A stretch of DNA of 64,000 nucleotides from Candidatus Latescibacterota bacterium (GTDB taxonomy: Bacteria > Latescibacterota > UBA2968 > GCA-2709665), in assembly GCA_965208835.1 (NCBI GenBank), contig OZ242358.1, positions 1,856,001 through 1,920,000 on the forward strand, read 5' to 3'. Made by a program: the position numbers and the translations under genes. Below, piece after piece: positions 28,817 to 37,954 of the stretch. The notes beneath the pieces were generated by a model. That model did no database searches, was not told the origin of the DNA, and saw only the letters and a list, made by a program, of their open reading frames with translations. Position 1 is the first letter of the stretch. Each line of letters opens with the position of its first letter.

Positions 28817-29590
28817 ATGCTGGACGTCGAGATTGTGAAACCGTCGGAAGTGGAGAAGGCGGTGCGAATCTTTCATCGGGACGGACTTGTCGTGATGCGA
28901 GATGCACTGACGGCACAGCAACTGGCTTACGCACGGTCCGGGGCGGACCGGGTGATCATGCAGCAGACGGAGGCGATTCCATTGGAGGATGCGAACCGCG
29001 GTTACGCGCGCTATTCCTTCGGCCAGCAGATTCGCCACCCGGAGTGGGCCCAGCTGATTGATCTGCAGACGGTTTTACCAGTCCTGGAAGCGATCTGGAA
29101 AAGCAGTGATTTCCACTGCTGGGGCGCCGGAGGAGATTACTCGCTGCCCGGCGCAAGGATCCAGAAGCTGCACGCGGATATCACGGATATGCTCCTCGAC
29201 CCCCAGGGGCGGGTGAACGTATTCGACCTGCCAACGCCGGTAATCGTGGTGAATTTTCCTATGGTGGATTTTAAGGAGATTAACGGTGCGACACGGTTTG
29301 TGCCCGGCACCCACCGCAATCGGGATCCGGCGCCCGGGCTGGAGGAGGAGCCGGACTGGATGAAGCGGTCGATCGTATGCGGGCCTGCAGGAGGAGCGGT
29401 TATCCGTGACATACGTTGCTGGCACGGGGGCACGGCCAACCGGTCGGATGAGATTCGTGCAATGACGAGCGTGGGTTATTCGGCTCCGTGGTTCGTATGG
29501 CTCAGAAAGGAACACCCCTTGCCCCGTTCCTTGTTCGATTCCCTTTCGGATCGGGCGAAAGACCTGACCCGATTTATCGTAGACGTCTGA
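28817..29590 (+). CDS. Phytanoyl-CoA dioxygenase (PhyH) family Fe/2OG dioxygenase
   Basis: QKLHAD, NGATRFVPGTH and WHGGTAN.S...R. Confidence 0.85.
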   Translation: MLDVEIVKPSEVEKAVRIFHRDGLVVMRDALTAQQLAYARSGADRVIMQQTEAIPLEDANRGYARYSFGQQIRHPEWAQLIDLQTVLPVLEAIWKSSDFHCWGAGGDYSLPGARIQKLHADITDMLLDPQGRVNVFDLPTPVIVVNFPMVDFKEINGATRFVPGTHRNRDPAPGLEEEPDWMKRSIVCGPAGGAVIRDIRCWHGGTANRSDEIRAMTSVGYSAPWFVWLRKEHPLPRSLFDSLSDRAKDLTRFIVDV

Positions 29591-29740
29591 GTGGCAGGCA
29601 ACCGGGACGCGGTCCGGCGATGAAAGGGTAGCAGCGCATGGCGATACGATTGGACCCTCAATGGGGAGACTGATTCAGGCCACATTGATGTGAGCCGCAA
29701 TCGAGGGGCGCAACGAGAGTTGCGTCCCTCGTGTTTTTTG

Positions 29741-30760
29741 TCAGGGCACGTATCCGACGTCCTGCAGCGGGATCTGCCTTCCTGCATTGTGTGCTTTGAC
29801 CGCCGCGGTGGAAACCGCGACGCTTTCCAGGATTTCAGGGTACGGGACCGGCGGCTGACGGGTATCAACCATCTTCCTGATCAGCTTGATGTTTTCGTAC
29901 GCGCCGTACGGAAAGACGTAGTCGCCGAGAGGCGGGGAATGTATATCGCCCATGTTCCCGTAAGCACTGGCGTAGAAGGCGCAGTGGTAGGTGTCGCCCG
30001 TGTCGCAGCTGAGCAGGGCGCCGCATCGTGGAAAGCGGGGTTCGTCCGGGTAGACCAGTCGCATGAAGCCGCCCGTGTTTTCGCCCATGGATTCCACGGC
30101 GCGCACGCCGGATCCGAAGAAGTTCTGCGCCAGGCAGATGGCGTGTATCTGACCCGCCAGGGAGGGGCCTCCCCCCCGGATGGAGACGAATTCCAGGTTG
30201 CCAACTTCCGGAAAGCGGGCGGCGAATTGCCTCGCCTGAGGGAGCGTGTTCAGGATGGAACGTGAAAGCAGGGGGGCATTATGTTTCCGCGCCAGGCCGA
30301 CGATGGCATTCGCGTTGTCCAGATTGTTCGCGAGCGGTTTGTCGATAAAGGTAGGTACTCCCTTTTCCAGTCCGGGCCTGGCCAGTTCCATGTGGTCGGC
30401 GCCGTCGTAATTGCAGTCGGCCACCAGAACGAGGTCTACGTCGTCCGAGACTTCGTGAACATGCTCGCACACCTGCGGTCTGGAGGTGAAGACCCGCGCA
30501 AAGACATCGCCGACGCCGGGATGTTCGTCCCATACGCGAGCGATTTCGAATTCGTGCAGGAACGGAACCGTCATGCGGGTGGGGTCGCTGTAGAATGTGT
30601 AGAAATAAAAGTGCGCCCCGCCGCTCATCCAGGAGTATGGCGCGCCGGCGCCGTTATCCATGGGTTTCTGAAGTCGCAGGGGCGCATGGTCGGCCATCAG
30701 CGCGCCATAATACATACCGTGCATATCGCAGCGGACCAGTCCGACACGTATTTTTTCCAT
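29741..30760 (-). CDS. Gfo/Idh/MocA family oxidoreductase
   Basis: KIRVGLV, DLVLV, H...A...LE.G.PTFIDKPLA. Confidence 0.75.
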   Translation of the reverse strand: MEKIRVGLVRCDMHGMYYGALMADHAPLRLQKPMDNGAGAPYSWMSGGAHFYFYTFYSDPTRMTVPFLHEFEIARVWDEHPGVGDVFARVFTSRPQVCEHVHEVSDDVDLVLVADCNYDGADHMELARPGLEKGVPTFIDKPLANNLDNANAIVGLARKHNAPLLSRSILNTLPQARQFAARFPEVGNLEFVSIRGGGPSLAGQIHAICLAQNFFGSGVRAVESMGENTGGFMRLVYPDEPRFPRCGALLSCDTGDTYHCAFYASAYGNMGDIHSPPLGDYVFPYGAYENIKLIRKMVDTRQPPVPYPEILESVAVSTAAVKAHNAGRQIPLQDVGYVP

Positions 30761-30877
30761 CGCAATTCTCCCGGAAGACACCATCACAGAAACATCCGAC
30801 GCAGAATACTGGAACCTCCCTGCGGTACCGAGGGCGAAAAGTATGAAAAAAAACTCACCGGAACAAGAAGTTTCTAC

Positions 30878-30906
30878 TTGAATACTGAACATATGTTCAG
30901 TATATT
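30878..30906 (+). promoter_or_regulatory. Sigma70 promoter with an overlapping perfect 22-bp palindrome (SOS/LexA-box-like operator)
   Basis: TTGAAT-N17-TATATT; ATACTGAACATATGTTCAGTAT at 30882..30903 contains GAAC-N4-GTTC and CTG-N10-CAG. Confidence 0.75.
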
Positions 30907-30993
30907 TTAGTGTACTGGAGAACAATACATTCCAGCAGGGTGCGTAATCAATTCTCAATCGGTCGGGTTACTTCAGTTCTCGGAGGATTGTCG

Positions 30994-31848
30994 ATGTTTG
31001 CCGGAACGTACGAAGGTCGTGTTGCGTGTGAAGACAGATCGTTGAAACACTACTTCAGAGAGGTCGATCGACATCCGCGGATCGATTCGGACGAAGAGCG
31101 GGCACTCGCCGCCAGGGTCGAGGCGGGGGATGAAGCCGCAATAGCGGCGCTTGTCAATGCGAATCTTCGCTTTGTCATACATATCGCCAGAGGATATCAG
31201 AATCAGGGTCTGCCGCTGGGAGACCTCATCAACGAGGGCAATTGCGGGTTGTTTACCGCTGCCCGAAAATTTGACCGGAGCAAGGGTTGCAGGTTTATTA
31301 CGTACGCGGTCTGGTGGATCCGGCAGCACATTCTGAAAGCATTGGACGTTCAGACACGGACCGTCCGTGTGCCTGCAAGCGTATTAAACGATATCGGCCG
31401 ATTGAAAAAGACGGAAGATCGTCTCATGCAGCGCCTTGAACGCAGTCCCGCGCTGGAGGAAGTCGCCGCGCAATCCGGTTTGCCGCTGAAGAGGCTCAAC
31501 CGCTGTCTGGATGGAGGCGCAAACGCCGTCTCGCTCGACTCCGCTGGTGCTGAAGGCCGCCTGAGTCTTTCGGAGACGCTTTCAGACCGGCGCCTCGCGT
31601 CGGCGGAAGAGACGCTCGTCGAAGCGTGCCGAATCCGAGCCGTAGAGGAAACTCTGGATCTGCTTTCAGATCGTCACAGGAAAATACTCAGTCTCTATTT
31701 TGGTATGCACGGCCAGGAACCGACGACGTACCAGGAGATCGGACGCCGTCTTGGGATCAGTCGTGAACGGGTGAGGCAATTGAAGGAAGACGCATTCGTA
31801 AAGTTGAGGCAGCCGTCGGTACGGAAGCGTCTTGAGGCGTTTCTGTAA
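30994..31848 (+). CDS. RpoD/RpoS-family (group 2-like) sigma factor lacking region 1.1
   Basis: LVNANLRFV, DLINEGN.GL, RFITYAVWWIRQ and EIG..LGISRERVRQ. Confidence 0.9.
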   Translation: MFAGTYEGRVACEDRSLKHYFREVDRHPRIDSDEERALAARVEAGDEAAIAALVNANLRFVIHIARGYQNQGLPLGDLINEGNCGLFTAARKFDRSKGCRFITYAVWWIRQHILKALDVQTRTVRVPASVLNDIGRLKKTEDRLMQRLERSPALEEVAAQSGLPLKRLNRCLDGGANAVSLDSAGAEGRLSLSETLSDRRLASAEETLVEACRIRAVEETLDLLSDRHRKILSLYFGMHGQEPTTYQEIGRRLGISRERVRQLKEDAFVKLRQPSVRKRLEAFL

Positions 31849-31861
31849 CGCGGCTTCGAGC

Positions 31862-32027
31862 TAGTGTTCTGTCCCGGAAATAAGTTGCCTGAATTCGACC
31901 GCCGAGTCGCCCGTCTCGCAAGGCGCCTGAGCGCAGGCGACCTGGGTAAGGTCGGCGAGCGAGGGGAACGTAGCGAGAAGGGATGAATCGGCGGTCGAAT
32001 GGTGAGGAATTTTGGGACAGAACACTA
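31862..32027. mobile_element. MITE family D (TA-flanked, IS630/Tc1-like ends)
   Basis: Perfect 14-bp TIR TAGTGTTCTGTCCC / GGGACAGAACACTA (including the TA flanks) plus an inner 13-bp IR ATTCGACCGCCGA / TCGGCGGTCGAAT. Confidence 0.75.
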
Positions 32028-32243
32028 TGTCCCCGTGCAGGACAGTAGGTTCCAACGTCAACCGGTACGGGTCGCGGCGTCGCCGCGTCCCGTATTTTTC
32101 TGTCGGTCAATTGCACTGGAATTGCCGTTCGTTTCATACGCTGCCAGAGATTTCCGGACGTTTGCTCTTGACGAAACAGGGCAAATGCTTCAATTTATAT
32201 CCGTTCCCACTCCTTTGAACCGGATTCTTGAGGCCATCTGCCC

Positions 32244-33029
32244 GTGCAGGTCGTTTTTTTTTCGATTTTAGGCGCCCTGGTATTGATATGGGGCGGGGTC
32301 TTTGCGCTCATCCATTGGGTGAAACCGCTGTCGCAGAAGCACCTGCTGGGCTTTGCCGGCTATGTGAGCGTCGTGTCCGGCCTGATGGTCTTTCTTGTGA
32401 CACAAACGGCACTCCAGCAGCAGGACGCGGCGATGAAGGACACCCGCGAACGACTGGACAGAACGGTGGAAACCTTTCGCGAGAAGCTGGACGAGCAGGG
32501 CGCGAAACTGCTGGACCGGACACTGGAAAAGGTTGACCTGACCAGGTCCGAATGGGAAGTACGGGCGGACCTGAAGGAAGAGCGGTCGCGCCATGCGCGC
32601 ACGAAAGCCGATCTCAAGGAGATGCGCGACCGGCTTCGGCAGACACAGGCGGTGTTGGCAGAAGAGGCAAACGCCCGCGACGCCTATTCGGACAGCCTGA
32701 ATACCGAACGCGCGCTCAGCCGGGAATCCCGGACACGCCTCGCGCTGGAGGAGGCGCGCCACAGGAAGACCCTCGAGAATCTCGCCCGTACGCGCGAAAA
32801 CCTGGCGGGTGTGGAGGCGCGCGCCGACCGGCAGAAGAAAGAAACGGCCCTGCTGCGCGCGACCCTTCTGCGCGCGGAGCAGCGGGCTCAGCAGGCGCTG
32901 AAGAACGCGGCTGCCGCGCAGAATGAACTCATCGACGCAATGATCAGGCATGGCAGGGCGTCTGAGACCCTGCAGGCCGCGGTCGACTCCATCTACGGCA
33001 AGGTGATGAAACGCCCGCGGAATCCGTAG
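32244..33029 (+). CDS. Membrane protein with two N-terminal TM helices and a long coiled coil
   Basis: Hydrophobic N-terminus followed by a heptad-rich R/E/A region; start codon uncertain. Confidence 0.7.
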   Translation: MQVVFFSILGALVLIWGGVFALIHWVKPLSQKHLLGFAGYVSVVSGLMVFLVTQTALQQQDAAMKDTRERLDRTVETFREKLDEQGAKLLDRTLEKVDLTRSEWEVRADLKEERSRHARTKADLKEMRDRLRQTQAVLAEEANARDAYSDSLNTERALSRESRTRLALEEARHRKTLENLARTRENLAGVEARADRQKKETALLRATLLRAEQRAQQALKNAAAAQNELIDAMIRHGRASETLQAAVDSIYGKVMKRPRNP

Positions 33030-33109
33030 CCGGAAACCTGGCGCAACAACCATACTGGCGCATCATCGCGGTTCACCCGGCGTGTATCCGCAATTTTGGG
33101 AGGTGGCTC

Positions 33110-33976
33110 GTGAACAAACGATCCGATCCATCCGGCGACAAGAAGCGTATCGTTATCGTCGTCGGGTTTCTGGCGGCATTGCTGGTTGTTCTGTTTTTGA
33201 CGGTCTGGAAGCCGGACACCGTTCCGGAAGTCGACCCGCAGGTTGCGCAACTGGAGAGCGATATCGCGCTATATACCGGCCAGATCGATTCGTTGAACGC
33301 GCTGGTTGATGAAATGGACTCTCGGATAGACGCTATGCGCGCCCATGTAGACAGCGCGAGAGTGTCCAACCGGAAGCTCCTGACATCGCTGCACAGGGTT
33401 ACGAGCGAGATGAGGGAGTATCAGGCGCTGTATAGAAAACAACAGGCGATGAACGGGAAGCTGGTTGCGGAACTCAAACTGCTGAGGGGTGAGAAGGACC
33501 AGGCGACCGCGGCTGTCCGGACGTTGAAAATCGAAGTCGACACGCTGAACAAGCTGCTGCACGACAAGACAACCCGGCTGATCAGGTTGGAGTCCAGCCT
33601 GAAGGAAGCCGTCGCGCAGGCGCAGACCATGCAGGAAACCGCAACCTCCGTGCTGGTCTACGTTGGAACGGAAGCCAGGCTGAAAGAGGCCGGGTATCTG
33701 AAGACGTCGCGGGGCATTACAATCAGGAAGAATTACAAGCTCGTGGGTTTTCCCGACGTTACGGATGAGCGGAACCTGGATTCGATCAAGAGGGTGCCGG
33801 TTGGCGAGACCATCGCGGTACCGGGCGAACTGGCGGCGCTTTGCGATCGGCACGGCAAGCTGAGCAAACGAAAGGAATACCGGGCCAGCAAGGGGCCCGC
33901 GGGGCAGACGATGGTCACCTTCTGGGACTCAACGCTGATGGGTCAGCGCGTGCTGGCGGTGATTAAGGAGAAGTAG
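33110..33976 (+). CDS. Membrane-anchored coiled-coil protein with C-terminal globular domain
   Basis: One TM, about 130 aa of coiled coil and a VYVGTEARLKEAGYL motif; GGAGG RBS. Confidence 0.75.
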   Translation: MNKRSDPSGDKKRIVIVVGFLAALLVVLFLTVWKPDTVPEVDPQVAQLESDIALYTGQIDSLNALVDEMDSRIDAMRAHVDSARVSNRKLLTSLHRVTSEMREYQALYRKQQAMNGKLVAELKLLRGEKDQATAAVRTLKIEVDTLNKLLHDKTTRLIRLESSLKEAVAQAQTMQETATSVLVYVGTEARLKEAGYLKTSRGITIRKNYKLVGFPDVTDERNLDSIKRVPVGETIAVPGELAALCDRHGKLSKRKEYRASKGPAGQTMVTFWDSTLMGQRVLAVIKEK

Positions 33977-34002
33977 ACTCAGCAAATAAAGATCCTTCAA
34001 GG

Positions 34003-34034
34003 CCGGCCGTCCTTTGAGGCGGCCGGATTTTTTT
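34003..34034 (+). terminator. Intrinsic terminator
   Basis: CCGGCCGTC-CTTTGA-GGCGGCCGG followed by a T-tract. Confidence 0.7.
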
Positions 34035-34130
34035 GTACTCGAATCCTCCAATGTCGCCGCTGTGCCGGCTTCGGCGCCGTGCCGCGGATTGCCAATTCGC
34101 GGTACCAGATCACGCGGCCACGTTGCCCGT

Positions 34131-34155
34131 TTAGGGGCGTCCCTTGTGGGCGCCC
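34131..34155. repeat. Single REP-like palindrome (TAGGGGCGTCCCTTGTGGGCGCCC)
   Basis: GGGCGTCC/GGGCGCCC hairpin with a (G)TAG-like foot in an intergenic region. Confidence 0.45.
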
Positions 34156-34166
34156 GCGCCAAGAGA

Positions 34167-34589
34167 TTACCACATATGGACAAACACGGCGGGTCGGACT
34201 TTCTTGCCCGTCGGGGCAGTGGAGAGGAGAGAATCTGCGTAGGCGGCGTGTCTAACCATGAAGTCCCGGCTGCCGCCGCGGAGGAAGAGGTGGAGATTGC
34301 GGTCGGGCTGGGCGATAAGCCCGGCGGTGAGGCGTTCGAATTCCCCCGTCTGCAGGAGACGGTCTACGGATTTCCCGTCGCTCGAAAGCCCGGCGCCCTT
34401 TGCCGTGTAGATGAGGACCAGGTCCTCGGACCGTGGGTCGTGGTGATGCACCCGCCAGACCGGTTGCGCGACGTTCAGGATCATAATGCCCAGCGTGAGC
34501 ATGAGCATCATGATTCCAAGGAACAGTTCCTTGCTGACGTCGTGTTCTTCCGCCTGCGTGGCGGCGCGCTGCATGAATCGGCTTCTCAA
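34167..34589 (-). CDS. Single-TM protein, possible divergent ExbD/TolR-like partner
   Basis: TM ELFLGIMMLMLTLGIMIL; overlaps the stop of the upstream MotA/ExbB-like gene by 4 bp. Confidence 0.5.
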   Translation of the reverse strand: MRSRFMQRAATQAEEHDVSKELFLGIMMLMLTLGIMILNVAQPVWRVHHHDPRSEDLVLIYTAKGAGLSSDGKSVDRLLQTGEFERLTAGLIAQPDRNLHLFLRGGSRDFMVRHAAYADSLLSTAPTGKKVRPAVFVHMW

Positions 34590-35383
34590 CTTGATTCGCT
34601 CCCCGGGTCATCTCTCATTGCCAGCCACGCCCGTTCGAGGGCGCCGACCCGTCCAATCAGAATGTCGATGCACTTTCTCAACGGCAGGTAGGCCAGCAGG
34701 GCAATCAGCGTGGTCTTGAAGGCCAGCGTCAATCCATCGGCCATATCGCGGAGCACTTTGAACGTCTCGGTGGCTTCGTCCAGCCGGCTGAGTTCCTGCG
34801 CCATGAGCAGGATGCCGCAGACCGTGCCGAGATAGCCGTAGAAGGGTATACGGCTCAGGGCGCGATGGCCGGACAGCAGCCGCTCGCCGATAACCCCGAT
34901 CAGATCTGTGATCAGTTCGTCGTCCCTGGCCTTCAGATCCGTGAATGAGTCCGATTCGGTCCTGAGGTCTCTCAGACCGGCCTGCCTGCACGCAAGCAGG
35001 GTTAGTGCCTCTGAGGCGGATGGCGTGGAACCCAGGGCCTCCTCTTCGACGCGAATCCGCCTCCATGCGTGGACAATGACGGAAAGGTGCGCGGTCGAGG
35101 CGGCCAGGATGAGCGCGTATGCAGAGCGGCCCACCCATTCGATCCAGCTTTCCGGCAGGGCAACGTAAAGGTAGTAGTAAATGCCCAATGCGGCGACGCC
35201 GAACCCCGCAAACCCGCCCAAAACGCCGCTCGTGAGCCTCGCGTGGTTCGCCGGCAGCCCGTACCGCAACTCTTCGCGGCAGATTGAGACGATCTCCTGG
35301 ATCAGTGTAAGCGCGCCTGCCATGGCGCACGCGGAGGCGAAGACAACCACAATCAGAATCTCAAACCAGGCTAGATGCGCCAC
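34586..35383 (-). CDS. MotA/TolQ/ExbB proton channel family protein
   Basis: IPFYGYLGTVCGI...GLTLAFKTTLIAL. Confidence 0.75.
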   Translation of the reverse strand: MAHLAWFEILIVVVFASACAMAGALTLIQEIVSICREELRYGLPANHARLTSGVLGGFAGFGVAALGIYYYLYVALPESWIEWVGRSAYALILAASTAHLSVIVHAWRRIRVEEEALGSTPSASEALTLLACRQAGLRDLRTESDSFTDLKARDDELITDLIGVIGERLLSGHRALSRIPFYGYLGTVCGILLMAQELSRLDEATETFKVLRDMADGLTLAFKTTLIALLAYLPLRKCIDILIGRVGALERAWLAMRDDPGSESS

Positions 35384-35407
35384 GACCCGTCCTCCCGTTA
35401 ATAGCGG

Positions 35408-36655
35408 TCAGATTCGCAATCCATCCGTTCCTTTCGAAACGATGTACCAGATATAGGCGGCGAGGATGATGCTGGGAAAAAGCAGCCCCGCACGCGACCC
35501 GCGCCCGCTGCTCCCCCCGAATCCTCCGCGTCTGCCGGATTCGGCTGCCGCGGATCTGCCTTCCCTGCCGCTCCTTTGAGAAACTTCCTGTTCACCGGTT
35601 GACCGTTCGTTGGGCGGGCGGTAGGCGTCCCTGCGGTCTCCGTGTTCCTTACCGGTCGCCGCCCGTCTCGCGGCCGAAATCGCGGCGTCTTCACCCTTAA
35701 GTGCGCGTTTTTCCGGGTAGACGAGGCGCTTTTCCGCCTCGGCCAGCTTTTCCGCCCACGATTCGACTTCCTTTGCGAAGGTGAGTGACGCCTCTTCCTT
35801 GAGCGGTCCTGCCTTGCCCAGGGTGAAGCTGACCTCCGGATTCCGATGGCCCGTATATGCGGTATGAAAGTCGGGATCCGTGGTTTCCAGTAGCTGGCGC
35901 TTGATGCGGGCGCGTGTTTCCTGCAGGGAAATCAGATTCTGCAGAAAGCCATGGTAATCCATGCGTTTCTGCCGCGTCTTTGGCGCTTGCGCACGCGACG
36001 GCTTCGACAGGGCCGCTTCGATTTCCCGGCGATCGAAACGCTTCATGAATTCCGCCTGGCCGAAGAGGCGGGTTTGCCAGATGACCCGCGCGGAGGGGAT
36101 ATCCGGCACGGGATGCGCATAGGTGATTTCGAGGGCCTGGCCGTCAGTCGTGCGCCACGAATCGTCGGAGACGAGAATGGGGCGCAGCGCGCCGCCTGCG
36201 TCCTTCAGGTAAAGGCCGAACAGGAATCCGCTTTCCACGTGATCGGTGTCCCAGCATCGGACGCGGATCTGATTCCTGCCTTTCAGATAAAGATGGGGGA
36301 TTTCAATCTCTACAGGTGTGAGGCGGGTTTCACCGACCAGGAAGTCGTTAATCCACACGCGGGCCTCGTCATCGGCCCAGAAGATGCACACAACCGAGGT
36401 TCCTTTCGGAAGGCGCAGGACATCGGTTGACCCGGGCAGGCGTTTCTTGTCGATGACTGTCGGGTCCGCCGCGCTCATCACGCGAATCAGGCTGTCGATC
36501 CGGGCAGAGACCGCGTTGAACTCCTGGCGAATGGATAGCGGACCGCGGGGGGTTGGGGCGGTCGGGTCATCCGCGCTGCCCGATACGTCTGGTGTAACCC
36601 ACTGGAAGGCTGCCAGTGTGAACACCGCCAGAATGCGAGTACGAGACCGGTGCAT
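35408..36655 (-). CDS. Hypothetical exported protein with beta-rich domain and C-terminal TM anchor
   Basis: Signal peptide; ADDEARVWIND..VG...L.GRNQI (jelly-roll-like); Gly/Arg-rich linker; C-terminal TM. Confidence 0.7.
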   Translation of the reverse strand: MHRSRTRILAVFTLAAFQWVTPDVSGSADDPTAPTPRGPLSIRQEFNAVSARIDSLIRVMSAADPTVIDKKRLPGSTDVLRLPKGTSVVCIFWADDEARVWINDFLVGETRLTPVEIEIPHLYLKGRNQIRVRCWDTDHVESGFLFGLYLKDAGGALRPILVSDDSWRTTDGQALEITYAHPVPDIPSARVIWQTRLFGQAEFMKRFDRREIEAALSKPSRAQAPKTRQKRMDYHGFLQNLISLQETRARIKRQLLETTDPDFHTAYTGHRNPEVSFTLGKAGPLKEEASLTFAKEVESWAEKLAEAEKRLVYPEKRALKGEDAAISAARRAATGKEHGDRRDAYRPPNERSTGEQEVSQRSGREGRSAAAESGRRGGFGGSSGRGSRAGLLFPSIILAAYIWYIVSKGTDGLRI

Positions 36656-36714
36656 CGGGGTGGTCTCCTCAGTGCAGGGAGTCCGTTGATCGGCGTTTTC
36701 CGGTGCTTCAACTG

Positions 36715-37839
36715 CTAAAAGTCCGCGAAGGACCCGTCTTCCTCCGAGCGCCACATGCCGCGGAAGCGAAAGCGTTCGTCCCGCATGGCATCGAGGGCGT
36801 CGTCGTCAATCTCGAATCCGAGACCCGGCCGCGTGGGAAGTTCGATGAATCCGCCATTGAACGTGAGCGGCGGCGTCAGAAGACCGTCGCCCCGAGTGGT
36901 GCCGCCCTCGCAGATGAGAAAATTGGGGACCGTGGCCATGGTATGGACGGACGCTGCGACACCGATGGGACCGGCCGCGTTGTGTGGCGCCAGGGCAATG
37001 TCTCTGATTTCCGCCAGTGTGGCGATCTTCTTCATTTCCGAAATGCCTCCCACGTGCCGGATATCCGGCTGCAGAACGGCGCAGGCCTGCTTTTCCACGA
37101 TGTCCCAGAAACTCCAGCGGGTGAGGTGGCGCTCGCCGGTCGCGATGGGGGTGGCGGTCGAGCGGAAAAGGTTCAGCAGGGCGTCGTTGTTCTCGGGATG
37201 GCAGGGTTCTTCCGCGAACAGCAGATGATAGGGTTCGAGCGCCTTGACCGTGATGACGGCCATCTGCGGGCTGAGCCGGCGGTGCAGGTCGACCGCGATG
37301 TCGACGTCGTCGCCCACGGCTTCCCGGACGGCGGCCACCCGGGCGACCATTTCGTCGACCGCTCTCGCCGTATCCACGAAACGGACGGGCCTGACGGTGC
37401 CGCCCATCTTGATGGCCGTGAACCCGTCGGCGACCCGCTTGCGCGCCGCTTCCGCACAGGATTCCGGCGTGTCCCCTCCGGCGTGGGCGTAGACCCGGAC
37501 CCGGTCCCGAACCGAGCCCCCGAGAAGCTTCCACACGGGAACGCCCAGGACTTTGCCCATGATGTCCCACATCGCCATATCCACGCCGCTGAGCGCACCA
37601 ATGATGATTGGCATGCTGCGGCTGTACGTGGAGCGAAAAAAAGTCTGCCAGTGGTCTTCGATCTGGAGCGGATCCTTGCCGATGAGGTATTCGGCCAGGT
37701 CGTCAATGGCGCGCGCGACGATTCGCCAGTGCGTATAGTCCAGGGGTTCGCCATAGCCGACGACGCCCTCGTCAGTGTGCATTTTCAGCACGAGGAACCG
37801 CTGTGCAACAGGGATGCATTCAAGGCGCGTGATTTTCAT
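36715..37839 (-). CDS. Mandelate racemase/enolase-superfamily dehydratase (galactonate dehydratase-like)
   Basis: GYGE, DMAMWDI.GK, AIK, VDLH, EEP, TGER, QPD and APHN. Confidence 0.88.
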   Translation of the reverse strand: MKITRLECIPVAQRFLVLKMHTDEGVVGYGEPLDYTHWRIVARAIDDLAEYLIGKDPLQIEDHWQTFFRSTYSRSMPIIIGALSGVDMAMWDIMGKVLGVPVWKLLGGSVRDRVRVYAHAGGDTPESCAEAARKRVADGFTAIKMGGTVRPVRFVDTARAVDEMVARVAAVREAVGDDVDIAVDLHRRLSPQMAVITVKALEPYHLLFAEEPCHPENNDALLNLFRSTATPIATGERHLTRWSFWDIVEKQACAVLQPDIRHVGGISEMKKIATLAEIRDIALAPHNAAGPIGVAASVHTMATVPNFLICEGGTTRGDGLLTPPLTFNGGFIELPTRPGLGFEIDDDALDAMRDERFRFRGMWRSEEDGSFADF

Positions 37840-37954
37840 CGGGATTGACCTCTAAACAGATTCCAACGCAGGGACTATCGGGTGCAGGCGTCCGTGCCCG
37901 AGTTACGGGTGAGCGATTCTCCCGTCCGCGGAAGCCGTGCCGAAACCGGGCGGT

